This document shows positions 63,955 through 64,000 of a stretch of DNA of 64,000 nucleotides, one piece after another. A program made the translations under genes and the position numbers. Positions within the stretch are counted from its first letter, which is position 1; every line of letters begins with the position of its first letter. The notes beneath the pieces are model-generated. The model ran no database searches. It was not told where the DNA came from and was given only the letters and a program-made list of their open reading frames with translations. The DNA is from Balanoglossus misakiensis (lineage: Eukaryota > Animalia > Hemichordata), in NCBI GenBank assembly GCA_040954595.2, contig CM082594.2, forward strand, positions 1,506,247-1,570,246, written 5' to 3'.

Positions 63955-64000
63955 TACTGGTATATGTGTCACTTCTGTGCCTTGATGAGTTAAAGGGAAG

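Overview
Animal (intron-rich, AT-rich; probably marine invertebrate) genomic DNA, not prokaryotic. A large + strand extracellular multidomain gene runs from at least 4819 to beyond 63511. Its architecture resembles uninflatable/SVEP1: C-type lectin, LDLa, 3 CUB, sushi/CCP repeats, EGF-Ca, HYR. It carries several stops and frameshifts, so this copy looks like a pseudogene. One sushi domain is split by about 7 kb of extra exons encoding Thr-rich mucin, a complete two-domain expansin-like (DPBB + CBM63-type) module, a Cys module and a furin-type RKRR site. Its 31-kb intron (5661-36717) splits the lectin domain and holds a 25-kb ISL2EU-type transposon (10605-35730, AT TSD) with a 5-exon THAP-DDE transposase and a convergent SAP-like/SWIM/YqaJ gene. 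That element is itself filled with nested elements whose ends and TSDs can be read directly: Ginger1-, Harbinger-, Academ-, P-like and Crypton-like elements and a truncated Ty3/Gypsy. It also contains a 5.6-kb inversion bounded by inverted 7-bp TSDs, and a near copy of its own insertion site. All calls are from manual reading and translation; no database searches were run.
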